From: the human T2T-CHM13v2.0 reference genome, Homo sapiens
DNA: 64,000 nt
Reading direction: 5' to 3' (one strand)
Assembly: GCF_009914755.1 (NCBI RefSeq)
Contig: NC_060929.1
Under the pieces are notes generated by a model. That model was not told the DNA's origin. It did not search any database and saw nothing but the letters and a program-made list of their open reading frames with translations. A program made the translations under genes and the position numbers. This document shows positions 1-16,890 of the stretch, piece by piece (positions within the stretch are counted from its first letter, which is position 1; each line of letters starts with the position of its first letter).

Positions 1-1
1 C

Positions 2-397
2 TGTCTTGGTCCGCTGGGGCTGCCATAAACAAAGTACCACAGACTGAGTGGATTAAACAACAGTATTTTTCTGTTTTGGAGGCTGGAAGTCCCAGATCAG
101 GGAGTTAGCAAGTAGGTTTCTTTGGAGGCCTCTCTCCTTGGCTTATAGATGGCCATCATCTCCCTATGTGTTTACTTGGTCTTCCTTCTGTGTGTGTCTG
201 TGTCCAAATCTCCTCTTCTTGTAAGGGCACCAGCCAGATTGGATTAGGGCCCACCCATATAACCTCCTTTTAACTTAATTACCTCTTTAAGACGCTTCTT
301 CAAATACAGTCACATTCTAAATGAGGTACTGAGGATTGGGACTTTGACATACGAATGGGGAAGGGGGTGAGGGGGTGGAACAATTCAGACCATAACA
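2..397 (-). mobile_element. MaLR solo LTR, MLT1A-like
   Basis: Starts TGTCTTGGTC..GGGCTGCCATAAACAAAGTACCACAGACTG, contains GGAGGCTGGAAGTCCCAGATCAG and GGATTAGGGCCCACCC, ends CAATTCAGACCATAACA. This is the typical MLT1 reverse-strand pattern. Confidence 0.8.
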
Positions 398-1049
398 TCT
401 TCAAAGGCATTCACCCCAATAAAGCTCATGTGCTTCTCATTCTGTCGCGCACCCACTTCTTAGAGGACCTAAACTGACAAACTCACAAAGATTATTTTAC
501 TTAATCCTCTGAACAACCCCATTTTATAAGAAAGAGATAAAATGACTTCACCAAGCTACCATTACTAGTACAGATTGTGGCCAGAATCTACCTTCTCTCA
601 GTCTAATGCAATCTTTTCTACATTTTTTCCAGAATAAACTTTATTTGTTTTATGTAATTTAGCAAAGAGGCAACATTTTCCCTCCAGGCCTTCTTGCATT
701 AAATTGGCAATAGTACTGTATGTTTTGGTTTTTCCTTAAACTCAGATTTATTTATCATTTTCTTTACTGTAATAATTAGTAGTCTTTTTTATTTTAAATG
801 AATAACATTTCTAGACTAATATAATGTAATACTACTGAAGGCTGGAATTTTATTTTATTCCTCATTGTTTTTCTACAAGTACAAGGTGCTTCTAGTAGAG
901 CACCGTGTACAGAAGATATTCAATGAATATTGCCAAATTTAACAACCATTCTTTGTGCGTCTATTCTAGCCTGTATTTCCAGTGCCTAGCAGTACCTGAC
1001 ATATAGTAGTACTCAATATACATGTGTTAAATGAAAAATAAAAGTTAAT

Positions 1050-1230
1050 ATTTATTGAGAAATGACTGTGTGCTAGACATAGCATTTTGTCACTTAAAAC
1101 TTATAACAATTCATTAACAGAGAAATTATTATTATCTCAATTTTTCAGATGTGGCTTAGAAAAATTCTAGATCTTGCAAACACCACACAGCTAGTAAGTG
1201 ATGGAGCTAGAATATAAACCAAGGCTATCT
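1050..1230 (-). mobile_element. MIR SINE fragment
   Basis: ATTATTATCTC..TTTTCAGATG...CACACAGCTAGTAAGTGATGGAGCTAGAA resembles the MIR core. Confidence 0.65.
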
Positions 1231-2204
1231 AACAATAACTTCACACTGCAGAGTATCTTTAGTTGGCCAAAAGGCTGTACCACTAAAAGGCTGCAGAAAG
1301 AAGGATAATTATCTTTCAAAAGTTTGAAACGACTCTTTGACCTATATTTTGCAGTTGCACAAAGTATCATGACTCATTAACGGTAGGAGTCCTGTTTTTG
1401 TTTTTGGAGGATTAGCTACAGTCATGTAAAGCATCCTTAAGCTAAAAGTAGCTTTTCAAGACTTCGGATGAAGAACTTTAGGGCAGAATTTAGAAGAAAC
1501 TAAGTTGACTTTTAGTTCTTACTTTGGCTTTTTGGTCATGAACCATTTGATCTGGAAGCTGATAGAAAATTAAAACTATAGTCAGATTGCAAGCTTTTCA
1601 TAAAGAGTTTCTTTTTCGTGAGCATTGTGGAATACAGATCTACCACAGTGTAAAGTGAGAGAGGAAATATTTTTCACTCAAAACATTTTTTTGAAGTTCT
1701 GACTGTAAAAAATACAGTATGGAGGTATCAGGATTACAAAAAGAGACCAATTACAGTGACTGCCTTCAAAAAGTTTAAGGTCTTGTATAAAAAAGTGACA
1801 TGTGTATTAAACATAATATATGAGCCAATGTTTTTTGAGTGCCCTCTATGTAATAGACATTGTGCTAGGCAGGGCATGATTAGAGAGAGGCAGGTAAGGT
1901 ACTCACCTTGGGTGCAAAGGTTAAGAGAATGCCAAAAATCTCAGTTTTCAAGAAAAATAATATTTTATATAATGTTTTTAAAAATCATATAAATGCAAGC
2001 CAATCCACAGTGAAAAAATACCAAATTTTAAGTAAACACAGGATCAGTATTGCTGAGTTTTTCGTTTTGCCTCAGGCTCAGCATAGCATTGCAGCTAAGC
2101 GCTTGACATGTACATCAAATGCATGTGTTTCTGCCATCCGAACGATTCGCCTCCAATTAATTTCCCAGCAAGACAACTGGAAATTTGCAGAGCATTTTAA
2201 AAAA

Positions 2205-2420
2205 TATTGTTAAGAGCACAAGTTTCAGACTCAGGAATGCCTAAGTCCAAAGCATGTCCCTGCTGCTTATGTACTGTACTCTTGGGGGAGGCACTTTATT
2301 ATCCTGGTCTCCATTTCCTCTTTTCTAAAATGGGGCTCATAGCGCTTAGCTCCTAATGTGGTTATTTTAAATGAACTCATGCATGTAAAATGCATAACCA
2401 ATATATTTGATAAATGTTAT
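2205..2420 (+). mobile_element. MIR SINE fragment
   Basis: GTTAAGAGCAC...TCTCCATTTCCTC..TAAAATGGGG...ATAAATGTTA resembles MIR. Confidence 0.6.
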
Positions 2421-2740
2421 CTAATATTATATTATAAAAGACAGAATGTAGTAAGCTATAGACATACAATATTATATGTTGGGATCACAACATAATGAGT
2501 CATTTAAACAGGGGCCTGGGGTGTCATTAAAGTTATAACCAAAGTTGTTTTCTTGAGTCTTGAGGAATGAATGGAGATTTGATATGTGAGGCAAGGCATT
2601 TGAGACCAAATCAATATTAGGAGAAAGGCAGGAAATCATGGATGTAAATGGCAAAATGTGAGTAGAGCATATGATCCACAGAGGATAGTGGGAGGGAATA
2701 GTAGGATGGATGGAGATTAGGATAAAGAGTTCTGACTATT

Positions 2741-3304
2741 TTTTTTTCTTTTTTTAAATTATACTTTAAGTTCTGAGATACATGTGCAGAATGTGCAGGT
2801 TTGTTTCATAGGTATACACATGCCATGGTGGTTTGCTGCACCCATCAACCCATCATCTGCATTCGGTATTTATCCTAATGCTATCCCTCCCCTTGTCCCC
2901 CACCCCTTGACAGGCCCCGGTGTGTGATGTTCCCTTCCCTGTGTCCATGTGTTCTCATTGTTCAACTCCCACTTATGAGTGAGAATATGCAGTGTTTGGT
3001 TTTCTGTTCCTGTGTTAGTTTGCTGAGAATGATGGTTTCCAGCTTCATCCATGTCCCTGCAAAGGACATGAACTCATCCTTTTTTATGGCTGCATAGTAT
3101 TCCAGGGTATATATGTGCCACATTTTCTTTATCCAGTCTATCATTGATGGGCATTTGGGTTGGTTCCAAGTCTTTGCTATTGTAAATAGTGCTGCAGTAA
3201 ACATACGCGTGCATGTGTCTTTATAGTAGAATGATTTATAATCGTTTGGGTATATACTCAGTAATGGGATTGCTGGGTCAAATGGAATTTCTGGTTCTAG
3301 ATCC
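2741..3304 (-). mobile_element. 5'-truncated L1PA (L1PA7/8-like) 3' end with 13-bp TSD
   Basis: Poly-T, L1 3'UTR and ORF2 C-terminus (ORF 2962..3204 MFTAALFTIAKTWNQPKCPS). AGTTCTGACTATT is repeated at 2728-2740 and 3305-3317. Confidence 0.95.
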
Positions 3305-4716
3305 AGTTCTGACTATTCTTTATTTGATGGGGAGTTCCAGCGGTTTTGGGGAGGAAATGCCATACATTGACCCTGGCTTTTAAAAATATAAGTGACCCCA
3401 AGATTAAAGCTTGATAGCAGAGTTGATGTTTTTAAATAATAATAAAACTCAATATACATGGAAACAGAGGATATTTTATAGATTATATGAAGGAAGAAAC
3501 TGGTTTGAAGTTACATTTACAGCAAGTGATATTTTTGAATGTTCCACTGAGGAAAACAGTGGATCATATTTTCAGATTTTAATCTGAACTGGAGAATTCA
3601 GAAAGACTCAAAATTCCTGTTTCATAGAGATTTGCCATATTTTTAGGAAAATATGGTACCTGAGGTGTCATATAACTGTCTTGGATCTACAACCTAGGGC
3701 TCAAAAGCGATGATTCTGCTTAAAGCAATCAGTTTGTGGACACATAACAATTTATTTTACTACACTTGTATTTTCTTAAATTCTTATTTAGTTTTAAAAT
3801 AGCATTAAAACAATTTAGAAAAATGTTTAAAAATCACCCTTAGCCTCACCATTCTTATGCGATTGTTTTATTTTCCAAACTTCTGCTGGTTTCCTTTGTA
3901 TTTATGTGAGGTTTTGCATGGTTGTAATCAAAGCACATGTATAATTTTGCATTCTGTTTTTTAAATCTAACGTTACAATTTTCATTTTCCATTTTCCAAA
4001 AAGTGCATAATAACCAGTCCCTCCTCACCAAGGGATAGATAATCTATTATAGAAAATAGAAGAGGTGTAATCGTCTGGGACTTAGAATCATAGAGATTAT
4101 GGTTTGAAACCCAGTTCACTTTTTACTAGACAATTAAATTTGGAAAAGTTATTTAAACCTCAGTCTTTTTGTAATATGAGGTAATAGTATGTATTTGTGG
4201 GGAGGCAAAAATAAGATACAATCTTTATGGAATGTACATTTCTAAGCACAAATTAAATTCTCAATATATGGTAGCAACCATTATTATTCTTATCAGTCAC
4301 TATACAAGACGCACAGTTTTATTCATCCATGCATTCAAAATATTTATTACAGGCTCACTGTGTACCAGACACTATATTAAGCACTGGGGTGAAAAATTCA
4401 GGGTTCCTGCCTACTAGCAGCTCTTAGTTTATTGGGGGTTACAGTTGTATAAATAGATACTTGCAATAAAGTATATTGCTGATATCTCTTTTTCTTTTGT
4501 TTCACACTTATACCTTGGTTTTCACGCTGTCTTCTTTCATTAGCTTTTGGACCTTTGCATATTTCCTCACAGTCAGGTTATTATAGGTCAAAGGCCCACT
4601 AGGTTTACCCTGGACACTTTTGTATGAGTATTGCTGTTCTTGGAAGTACCTCTGTGATGACAAGAACAGGCATTGCAGGCAGACTCCTAGCTTCTAACCA
4701 GTTCAGCCACTAGTTA

Positions 4717-5028
<312 letters not shown>

Positions 5029-5769
5029 TTATCATGTGAATTATCACTGGCTTCATTTCAGCTGGACATTGCTTTTCTTTTCGGCACACTTTTTAAAAGT
5101 GTGACTCATGAAATACTCGTGTCTTGAAAAATAACAAATGAGGTCTACCACATCCCCAAAAGAAACCTGAGACCAAATGTGTTTGGCAAATCCTGCTTTA
5201 ACTTGACTTCCTTCATAATTTCATGCTCATACCCTGCATCCCCTCTCATGTCTATGCTTCTTCATTGATCTGCTGTCTGTCCATGGCCCTTCCAGTCAGG
5301 TGTCTCCCCATGGCTCCACTAAACAACCCCATCTACAGTCTGGCCACATCTGCCATTAACTTCGCAGAGCACAATGGATGCTCTCAATGCCCTTCTCAGA
5401 TGCCACACACAGTCCCTGACTAGTGTTGTTCTCACCACAGCCCGTTCCTGGCCTGACAGACCATCTCAGTCTCCATCTGCTCCCCTGCCTGATGGGAGGT
5501 TTTTTGGGTTTTTGGTTGGTTGGTTTGTTTCTACTTCTGATGTTTTAGGTGGAAAAAAACAGCCAGGCAGAGTACCCATAGGCAGTTGATTCCCCGGGAG
5601 CCCTTTTCTCCACGCACTTCTGTCTTGCCAGTATCTATGCTTCCTGTTTGCTAATTCCCTCCTACTTTCCACATGAAGAAAAAGGCTGTTACAATTACAC
5701 AAGGTTAGAGGTTCAGTCTACAGGTACTTCCCAAAATGTGTCCTTATAATATATCCAAATACTTATATT

Positions 5770-6255
5770 TTTAAGGAGTAAGATTCACATGATATAAAAC
5801 TCACCATTTTAACCATTTAAAAGTATACAATTCAGTGGCTTTTAGTACATTCACAATGTTCTGCAACCATCACCACTGTCTAGTTCTAGAACATTTCATC
5901 ATCCCAAAAGGAAGCGGCCACTTCCCATTCCTCACTTCCCCTAGTCCCTGGCAACTATGCTTTCTATCTCTATGAAATTGCATAGTCTGAATATGTCATG
6001 TAATATGTGACCTGGCTTCTTTCACTGAATATAATGTTTTCAAGGTTAATCTATGTTACAGCAAGTATCATTTCTTTTTATGTCTGAATAACATTCCATT
6101 GTATAGATATACCTCATTTGCATATTCTTTTATCATTGCTGGCTATTTGGGTTGTTTTCACCTTTTGGCTATTGCAAACAGTGCTGCTATGAACATTTAC
6201 ATATAAGTTTTTGTTTGAACTCTAGTTTGGGGTACATACCTAGGAATGGAGTTGG
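5770..6255 (-). mobile_element. Old L1M (L1MB-like) 3' fragment
   Basis: AAAGTATACAATTCAGTGGCTTTTAGTACATTCACAATGTT..CAACCATCACCACT and CCATTGTATAGATATACC are typical of L1M 3' ends. Confidence 0.75.
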
Positions 6256-6290
6256 GCCCATACTCCATGATATCTTACTTCAGTATTTTC

Positions 6291-6627
<337 letters not shown>

Positions 6628-8002
6628 TAGATTTGCTAAATTTACAACATTAAAATCTCACATATGTAACTTAATATCATAAAGTTCCAGAATGCTAAAG
6701 AAAAAAAAGTTTGGTTACATTGCTATGCTGGATCTCAAATTTTTATCCTGGAAACACTTTCTGGGAGAAGAGATAACCTGCATGGAAGTAATATTTGTGT
6801 TACTCAAAACTACAACAACAACAAAAATGACTCACATAAAACATGTTTTCTAAAGAAAATACTGTACCTAGAAGGTATTGGTGGAAAAATTATACAGCTT
6901 TTGAAGTCCAGAAGAATAGTGCAATTCTGCCTGGTTTGCCATAGTATGTGTGAATAATAGAATGTAGAGTCTTTCCCTTTAGTAATTCTGAACTGGCTGG
7001 CAATCTTCATTTTACTCTTCTGCCCTCCACCAAGCCAATGATGAGAAAAATGAATGGAAATTGGAATTTGAATCACTTCCTAATTGTTTTACTTGGTTCA
7101 AATGGCTGCAGTTACCATATACACATTTTTCTCCACTAAGTAATCTCCAAATGATATAAAACAGTCATCCTTTTAAAGGACTCCCTCTATTTTTCTTTCC
7201 AGAATTAAATTGGCACATGGTCTTCTACATCCACACTTGCATTTTGCTTTTTCTAAAAACCTAAATCAAACTCTCTTCATGAAACTTGACTTTATCTGCT
7301 TGGCCAAGATTGACTCTTACAGCCACTGAATACATGCTGTTGACAAAATGGCATTCCTGTATGCTGAAAATATCTGTGCAATGTAGGGACATTTTAATAG
7401 TGGCATGCTGAATAATCAATTCCACTTTAAGGCACAGATCAATATTATCTCTGAGATGTCTAAATAGCCATTAAATATGAACAGAACAGGCCTAGCAAGC
7501 AGAAAAATGAGGAGGAGGATTGTTCTTGACTACAACATGAGGCTTCTAATGATTTTTAATGGGAACATTGACCTCTCTGGAAAATTAGCAGTTTTTTTTT
7601 CTCCTTGATGAATCTAAATTAGTTAAGTTTTGTTTTCATTTTGTTTTGTTTTGGACTTTCTTGCTCTAAACACTTTATTATTGGAGAAAAGAATACTATG
7701 TAGTTCCTGTAGATATCTCCTGAGGCTTTATAATTAATTATTGTTGTTATTATTTTACATCTTAAAAATTAAACTTTTGTTTTAGAATGGTTTTTTTAAA
7801 TTATACTTTAAGTTTTAGGGTACATGTGCACAATGTGCAGGTTTTTTACATATGTATACATGTGTCAAGTTGGTGTGCTGCACCCAGTAACTCGTCATTT
7901 AACATTAGGTATATCTCCTAATGCTATCCCTCCCCCCTCCCCCCACCCCACAAGTGGCCCCAGTGTATGATGTTCCCTTCCTATGTCCATGTGTCACACT
8001 GT

Positions 8003-11834
<3,832 letters not shown>

Positions 11835-11882
11835 TTATTTTGCTCATTAGTTGATGCAGTTTCTTCCTAGCCTCGATGGTCT

Positions 11883-12899
11883 TTACAATCTGGAATGTTT
11901 TTGCAGTGGCTGGTACCGGTTGTTCCTTTCCACGTTTAGTGCTTCCTTCAGGAGCTCTTTTAGGGCAGGCCTGGTGGTGACTAAATCTCTCAGCATTTGC
12001 TTGTCTGTAAAGTATTTTATTTCTCCTTCACTTATGAAGCTTAGTTTGGCTGGATATGAAATTCTGGGTTGAAAATTCTTTTCTTTAAGAATGTTGAATA
12101 TTGGCCCCCACTCTCTTCTGATTTGTAGAGTTTCTGCTGAGAGATCAGCTGTTAGTCTGATGGGCTTCCCTTTGTGGGTAACCCGACCTTTCTCTCTGGC
12201 TGCCCTTAACATTTTTTCTTTCATTTCAACTTTGGCGAATCTGACAATTATGTGTCTTGGAGTTGCTCTTCTTGAGGAGTATCTTTGTGGCATTCTCTGT
12301 ATTTCCTGAATTTGAATGTTGGCCTGCCTTGCTAAATTGGGGAAGTTCTCCTGGATTATATCCTGCAGAGTGTTTTCCAACTTGGTTCCATTCTCCCCAT
12401 CACTTTCAGGTACACCAATCAGATGTAGATTTGGTCTTTCCACATAGTCCCATATTTCTTGGAGGCTTTGTTTGTTTCTTTTTATTCTTTTTTCTCTAAA
12501 CTTCCCTTCTTGCTTCATTTCATTCATTTGATCTTCCATCACTGATACCCTTTCTTCCAGTTGATCAAATCAGCTACTGAGGCTTGTGCTTTCGTCACAT
12601 AGTTCTCATGCCATGGTTTTCAGCTCCATCAGGTCCTTTAAGTACTTCTCTGCATTGGTTATTCTAGTTAGCCATTCATCTAATTTTTTTTCAAGGTTTT
12701 TAACTTCTTTGCCATGGGTTCGAACTTCCTCCTTTAGCTCGAAGTAGTTTGATCGTCTGAAGCCTTCTTCTCTCAACTTGTCAAAGTTATTCTCTGTCCA
12801 GCTTTCTTCTGTTGCTGGTGAGAAGCTGCATTCCTTTGGAGGAGGAGAGGTGCTCTGATTTTTAGAGTTTCCAGTTTATCTGTTCTGTTTTTTTCCCAT
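11883..12899 (-). pseudogene. L1 ORF1p, full 1017-nt span but with premature stops
   Basis: ATG at 12899 reads MGKKQNR* (TAA at codon 8, 12876-12878). A second stop TGA at 12570-12572 is probably CGA>TGA decay. The C-terminal 219 aa are open (RPNLHLIGVPE, PRHIIVRF, REWGPIFNILKEKNFQPRISYPAKLS). Confidence 0.95.
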
Positions 12900-13474
12900 C
12901 TTTGTGGTTTTATCTACCTTTGGTCTTTGATGATGGTGATATACAGATGGGGTTTTGGTGTGGATGTCCTTTCTGTTTGTTAGTTTTCCTTCTAACAGTC
13001 AGGACCCTCAGCTGCAGCTCTGTTGGAATTTGCTGGAAGTCCACTCCAGACCCTGTTTGCTTGGGTATCAGCAGTGGAGGCTGCAGAACAGTGGATATTG
13101 GTGAACAGAAAATGTTGCTGCCTGATCTTTCCTTTGGAAGTTTTGTCTCAGAGGAGTACCCAGCCATGTGAGGTGTCAGTCTGCCCCTACTGGGGGGTGC
13201 CTCCCAGTTAGGCTACTTGGGGGTCAGGGACCCACTTGAGGAGACAATCTGTTCATTCTCAGATCTCAGGCTGCGTGCTGGGAGAACCACTACTCTCTTC
13301 AAAGCTGTCAGACAGGGACATTTAAGTCTGCAGAGGTTTCTGCTGCCTTTTGTTTGGCTATGCCCTGCCCCCAGAGGTGGAGTCTACAGAGGCAGGCAGG
13401 CCTCCTTGAGCTGTGGTGGGCTTCACCCAATTCGAGCTTCCCAGCTGATTTGTTTACCTACTCAAGCCTTGGCA

Positions 13475-13795
13475 ATGGCGGGCGCCCCTCCCCCAGCCTT
13501 GCTGCCGGCTTGCAGTTTGATCTCAGACTGCTGTGCTAGCAATGAGCGAGGCTCCGTGGGTGTAGGACCCTCTGAGCCAGGTGCAGGATATATTCTCCAG
13601 GTGTGCCGTTTGCTAAGACCTTTGGAAAAGTGCTGCATTAGGGTGGGAGTTACCCGATTTTCCAGGTGCCATCTGTCACCCCTTTCTTTGACTAGGAAAG
13701 GGAATTCCCTTACCCCTTGCACTTCCTGGGTGAGGCAATGCATCACCCTGCTTCGGCTCCCACTCAGGCTCAGTGTACTGCACCCACTGTCCTGA
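13475..13795 (+). CDS. L1 antisense ORF0-like ORF (106 aa), potential only
   Basis: ATG at 13475 (GCAATGG) gives MAGAPPPALLPACSLISDCCASNERGSVGVGPSEPGAGY..., matching the primate L1 ORF0 N-terminus. No stop until 13795. Expression is not shown. Confidence 0.6.
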   Translation: MAGAPPPALLPACSLISDCCASNERGSVGVGPSEPGAGYILQVCRLLRPLEKCCIRVGVTRFSRCHLSPLSLTRKGNSLTPCTSWVRQCITLLRLPLRLSVLHPLS

Positions 13796-13937
13796 ACCCA
13801 CTGTCCGACACTCCCCAGTGAGGTGAACCCAGTACCTCAGCTGGAAATGCAGAAATCACCCATCTTCTGCATCGCTCACGCTGGGAGCTATAGACTGGAG
13901 CTGTTCCTATTTGGCCATCTTGGCTCCACCCCTCCTC

Positions 13938-14839
13938 GAATGGTTTTCTATTTACAGAAAAATTACCAAACTGGTACAGAGTCCCATATACCTCATATCC
14001 ACTTTCTCTATTATGAGATAATATATTATTATGGTACATTTGATAAATTAATGAACCAATATATATTATTATTAACTAAAGTTGATTATAATCAAATATC
14101 TTGGTTTTAAATCAAATACACTTTTTCTTTTCCAAGATCTCATTAAGATATCACATTACATTTAGTTATTATCATGTTAGGTATCTCTTGGCTGTGACAT
14201 TTTCCCAGAATGTCTTTGTTTTTCATGATTTTGACAATTTTGAACAAACTGGTATTTTGGCTAGATATTTTGTAGGCTATCTCTCAACTGGGATTCATTT
14301 TATGTTTTCCTCACAATTAGACTGTGGTTATGAGTGCTTTGGAGGAAGACCACAGAGGTAAAATGTCATTTTCATCATATTACTTATTTCAAGAGTACGT
14401 ACTATCAACTTGACATCACTATTGATGTTAACCTTGATCACTTGGATAAGACAGGGCTTTTCACGTTTCTCCACTGTTAAGTTCCTCTTTGTCCCTCTTG
14501 CATACTTTACTCTTTGGAGAGAATTCACTATGCCTAGCCCACACATAGGGGATAGAGGGTTATTTATGCTCCATCTCCTTGAGAGGGAGAGTATCTACAG
14601 AAATTATTTGGAATTCTTTTCCATGGGAGATTTATCTCTTTGTCCTCATTTATGTATTTATTCAATCATATATTTCTATCAGTGTGGACACATGAATATT
14701 TATTGTATGCTTTAGGCTATAATTCAATACCTTTTTTTGTTCAAATTGTTCCAGTTTTGTTCATTGTGAGCTCTTTCAGTTGGCTCCTTTGTCCATTTAA
14801 TATACCTTATTACTGTATGTGTGTCTGTGTGTGTGTGAG

Positions 14840-14875
<36 letters not shown>

Positions 14876-15990
14876 GAGCACTTTCTTACTTACTGGCACT
14901 ATAAGATGCCCCAGAATTATTTTGAACGTTTCTTGTCCCATTTATAGAATCAGACATTTCTCCAAGGAGCTTTGGTTCTTTTTATTGGATACTGATATCA
15001 GAAATTAAAATCTGGATGCTACGTGTGTGCAGTTACTGGGGTATCATTGCTTTTAGAATTTCTTAGGTGACAGAGAAAGGAAATATATATCTGTATCCTA
15101 TCCTGCGCACGTTCACATATCTATAATTATTTCTGTTTGTATCCATCTGTATCTATATTAAACTTGAGTTAATACTGTTTTCTGCAACTCTAATCCATTA
15201 CCACATGGATCTCTCTAGTCTTCTCTCATACATTTATAGTACATTCATACATTTATAGTACAGTTAAATTCACCTGTCAAAGTCTACATTCTTTCTTGGG
15301 ATCCCCTGACCTCCTAAATGATTTGTTAAAATTTGCACACATTGAGGTTCACTCTTGTGTTGTAAAGTTATGTGGTTTTTGACAAATGCATAATGTCATT
15401 TATCCACCATTACAGTACCACACAGAATAGTTTTACCACCCTAAAAAAATTCCCTGTACTTTACTATTCCATTCTCCTCCTCCCACAAGTCCCTGGCAAC
15501 CACTGATTGGTTTCCCATTTCTATAGCCTTGCCTTTCCCAGAATGTTGCATAAAAGAATTATATGGTGTGTAGCCCTTACAAACTAGCTTCTTTCACTGA
15601 TAAATATATATTTAAGATTCATCCCTATCTTGTGTGGCTTTACAGCTCAGTTTTTGATCACTGAAAACCACTGACTTCTACGTATTATATTGATGTACTA
15701 CAGATTGTTTATCCATTTATCCGTTGAAGAATATCTTGGTTGCTTCTAGTTCTTGGTGTTTATGATTTGCCTGCTGGTTTCTGTGTGAAGATATTGTCAA
15801 ATAGGTGGAGTAAACACCTAACATTCATTTACTTGATTGTATGGTAAGACTTTGTTTAGCTTTCTAAGAAACTGCCACACTGTCTTCCAGTTTGCATTCT
15901 CATCAGCAATGATGAGAGTTCTTGTTACTCAGCATCCTCATCAGTAATTGGTATTGTTATTCCAACACCTTTAAATAGGTGTGTAGTGAT
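13938..15990 (-). mobile_element. Older L1MC-type 3' region, interrupted by the L1PA; its extreme 3' end is at ~7765-7794
   Basis: Joining across the TSD gives ACTTTTGTTTTAGAATGGTTTTCTATTTACAGAAAAATTACCAAA...TCCCATATACC, typical of an L1MC 3' end. L1M-like sequence continues to ~15990 and includes (TG)n at ~14815-14871. Confidence 0.75.
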
Positions 15991-16679
15991 TAAATTGGTT
16001 CAGTTGTGCTTAGTGATCATCCATATCCAATGGAAAAATATCACACATCAAACACATATGTGGATTTATAACTTAATAGTTTTTATTGTTAGATGCTTTC
16101 CTTTACATAATTTTTTTTACCATTAAAACTTGGCATTTATCACATTTTTCCTCTAAGGATATAAAATACAGAATAGTGTGTTGGTTGTTTCACTTTGAAT
16201 TAAAGTAAACTGGGGTTTAATCTAGACTGTACCACTTATCTCTGAGACTATGTGTGAATTATTAACTTGCCCTGCTTTAGTTTCCTAATCTTTAACACAG
16301 AAACAATAACAGAAACCAACTGAGGAGGTAATATACATTTAAAGAGTTACTACATGGGAAGTATTTAGCATGATGCCTGGAACATGGCAACCATATGATA
16401 ATTATTGTTATTACTGTATTGCTAGTTCTGATATTATTACCAGAGAAGGGTCTGTTTTTTTTCTAGAAACAATACACTTTTCAGTCCTTCACTTTGGAGC
16501 TACACTGATCTTTTTCACCCTACCATGCCTCATAAAATAGAATAAACATGCTTCACATTCATTACATTTCTTGCAGCATGATTTTTTCTACTCCAAAGAG
16601 CATGGTGGATATTTGCAAAGGTAACCTAAGTGTTACAACTCATTGCCTTCCTGTTATTTTTTGTATTACTAATAATCCC

Positions 16680-16890
16680 TTGCATTTGCTTAGTGCTTCA
16701 GATTTTACATAAAGCTGGCTTCACAGATAGTATCTCATTTGCTTCTCAGAACAGCTTTCTGAGGTAGGGCAGGGCATGCTTAATAGACTTTCATTTTGAT
16801 AAGGTGAAGTAACTTGCCCCAAATTGCATAACAGGTAAGGGCAGAGTTAGGGTCTGAATCCAGGTGTTCTGAATCCCGATTTCAGTGTTC
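16680..16890 (-). mobile_element. MIR SINE
   Basis: ATCTCATTTG..CTCAGAACAGC..TGAGGTAGG...GAAGTAACTTGCCCCAAAT..GGCAGAG..GAATCCAGGT. Confidence 0.65.
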
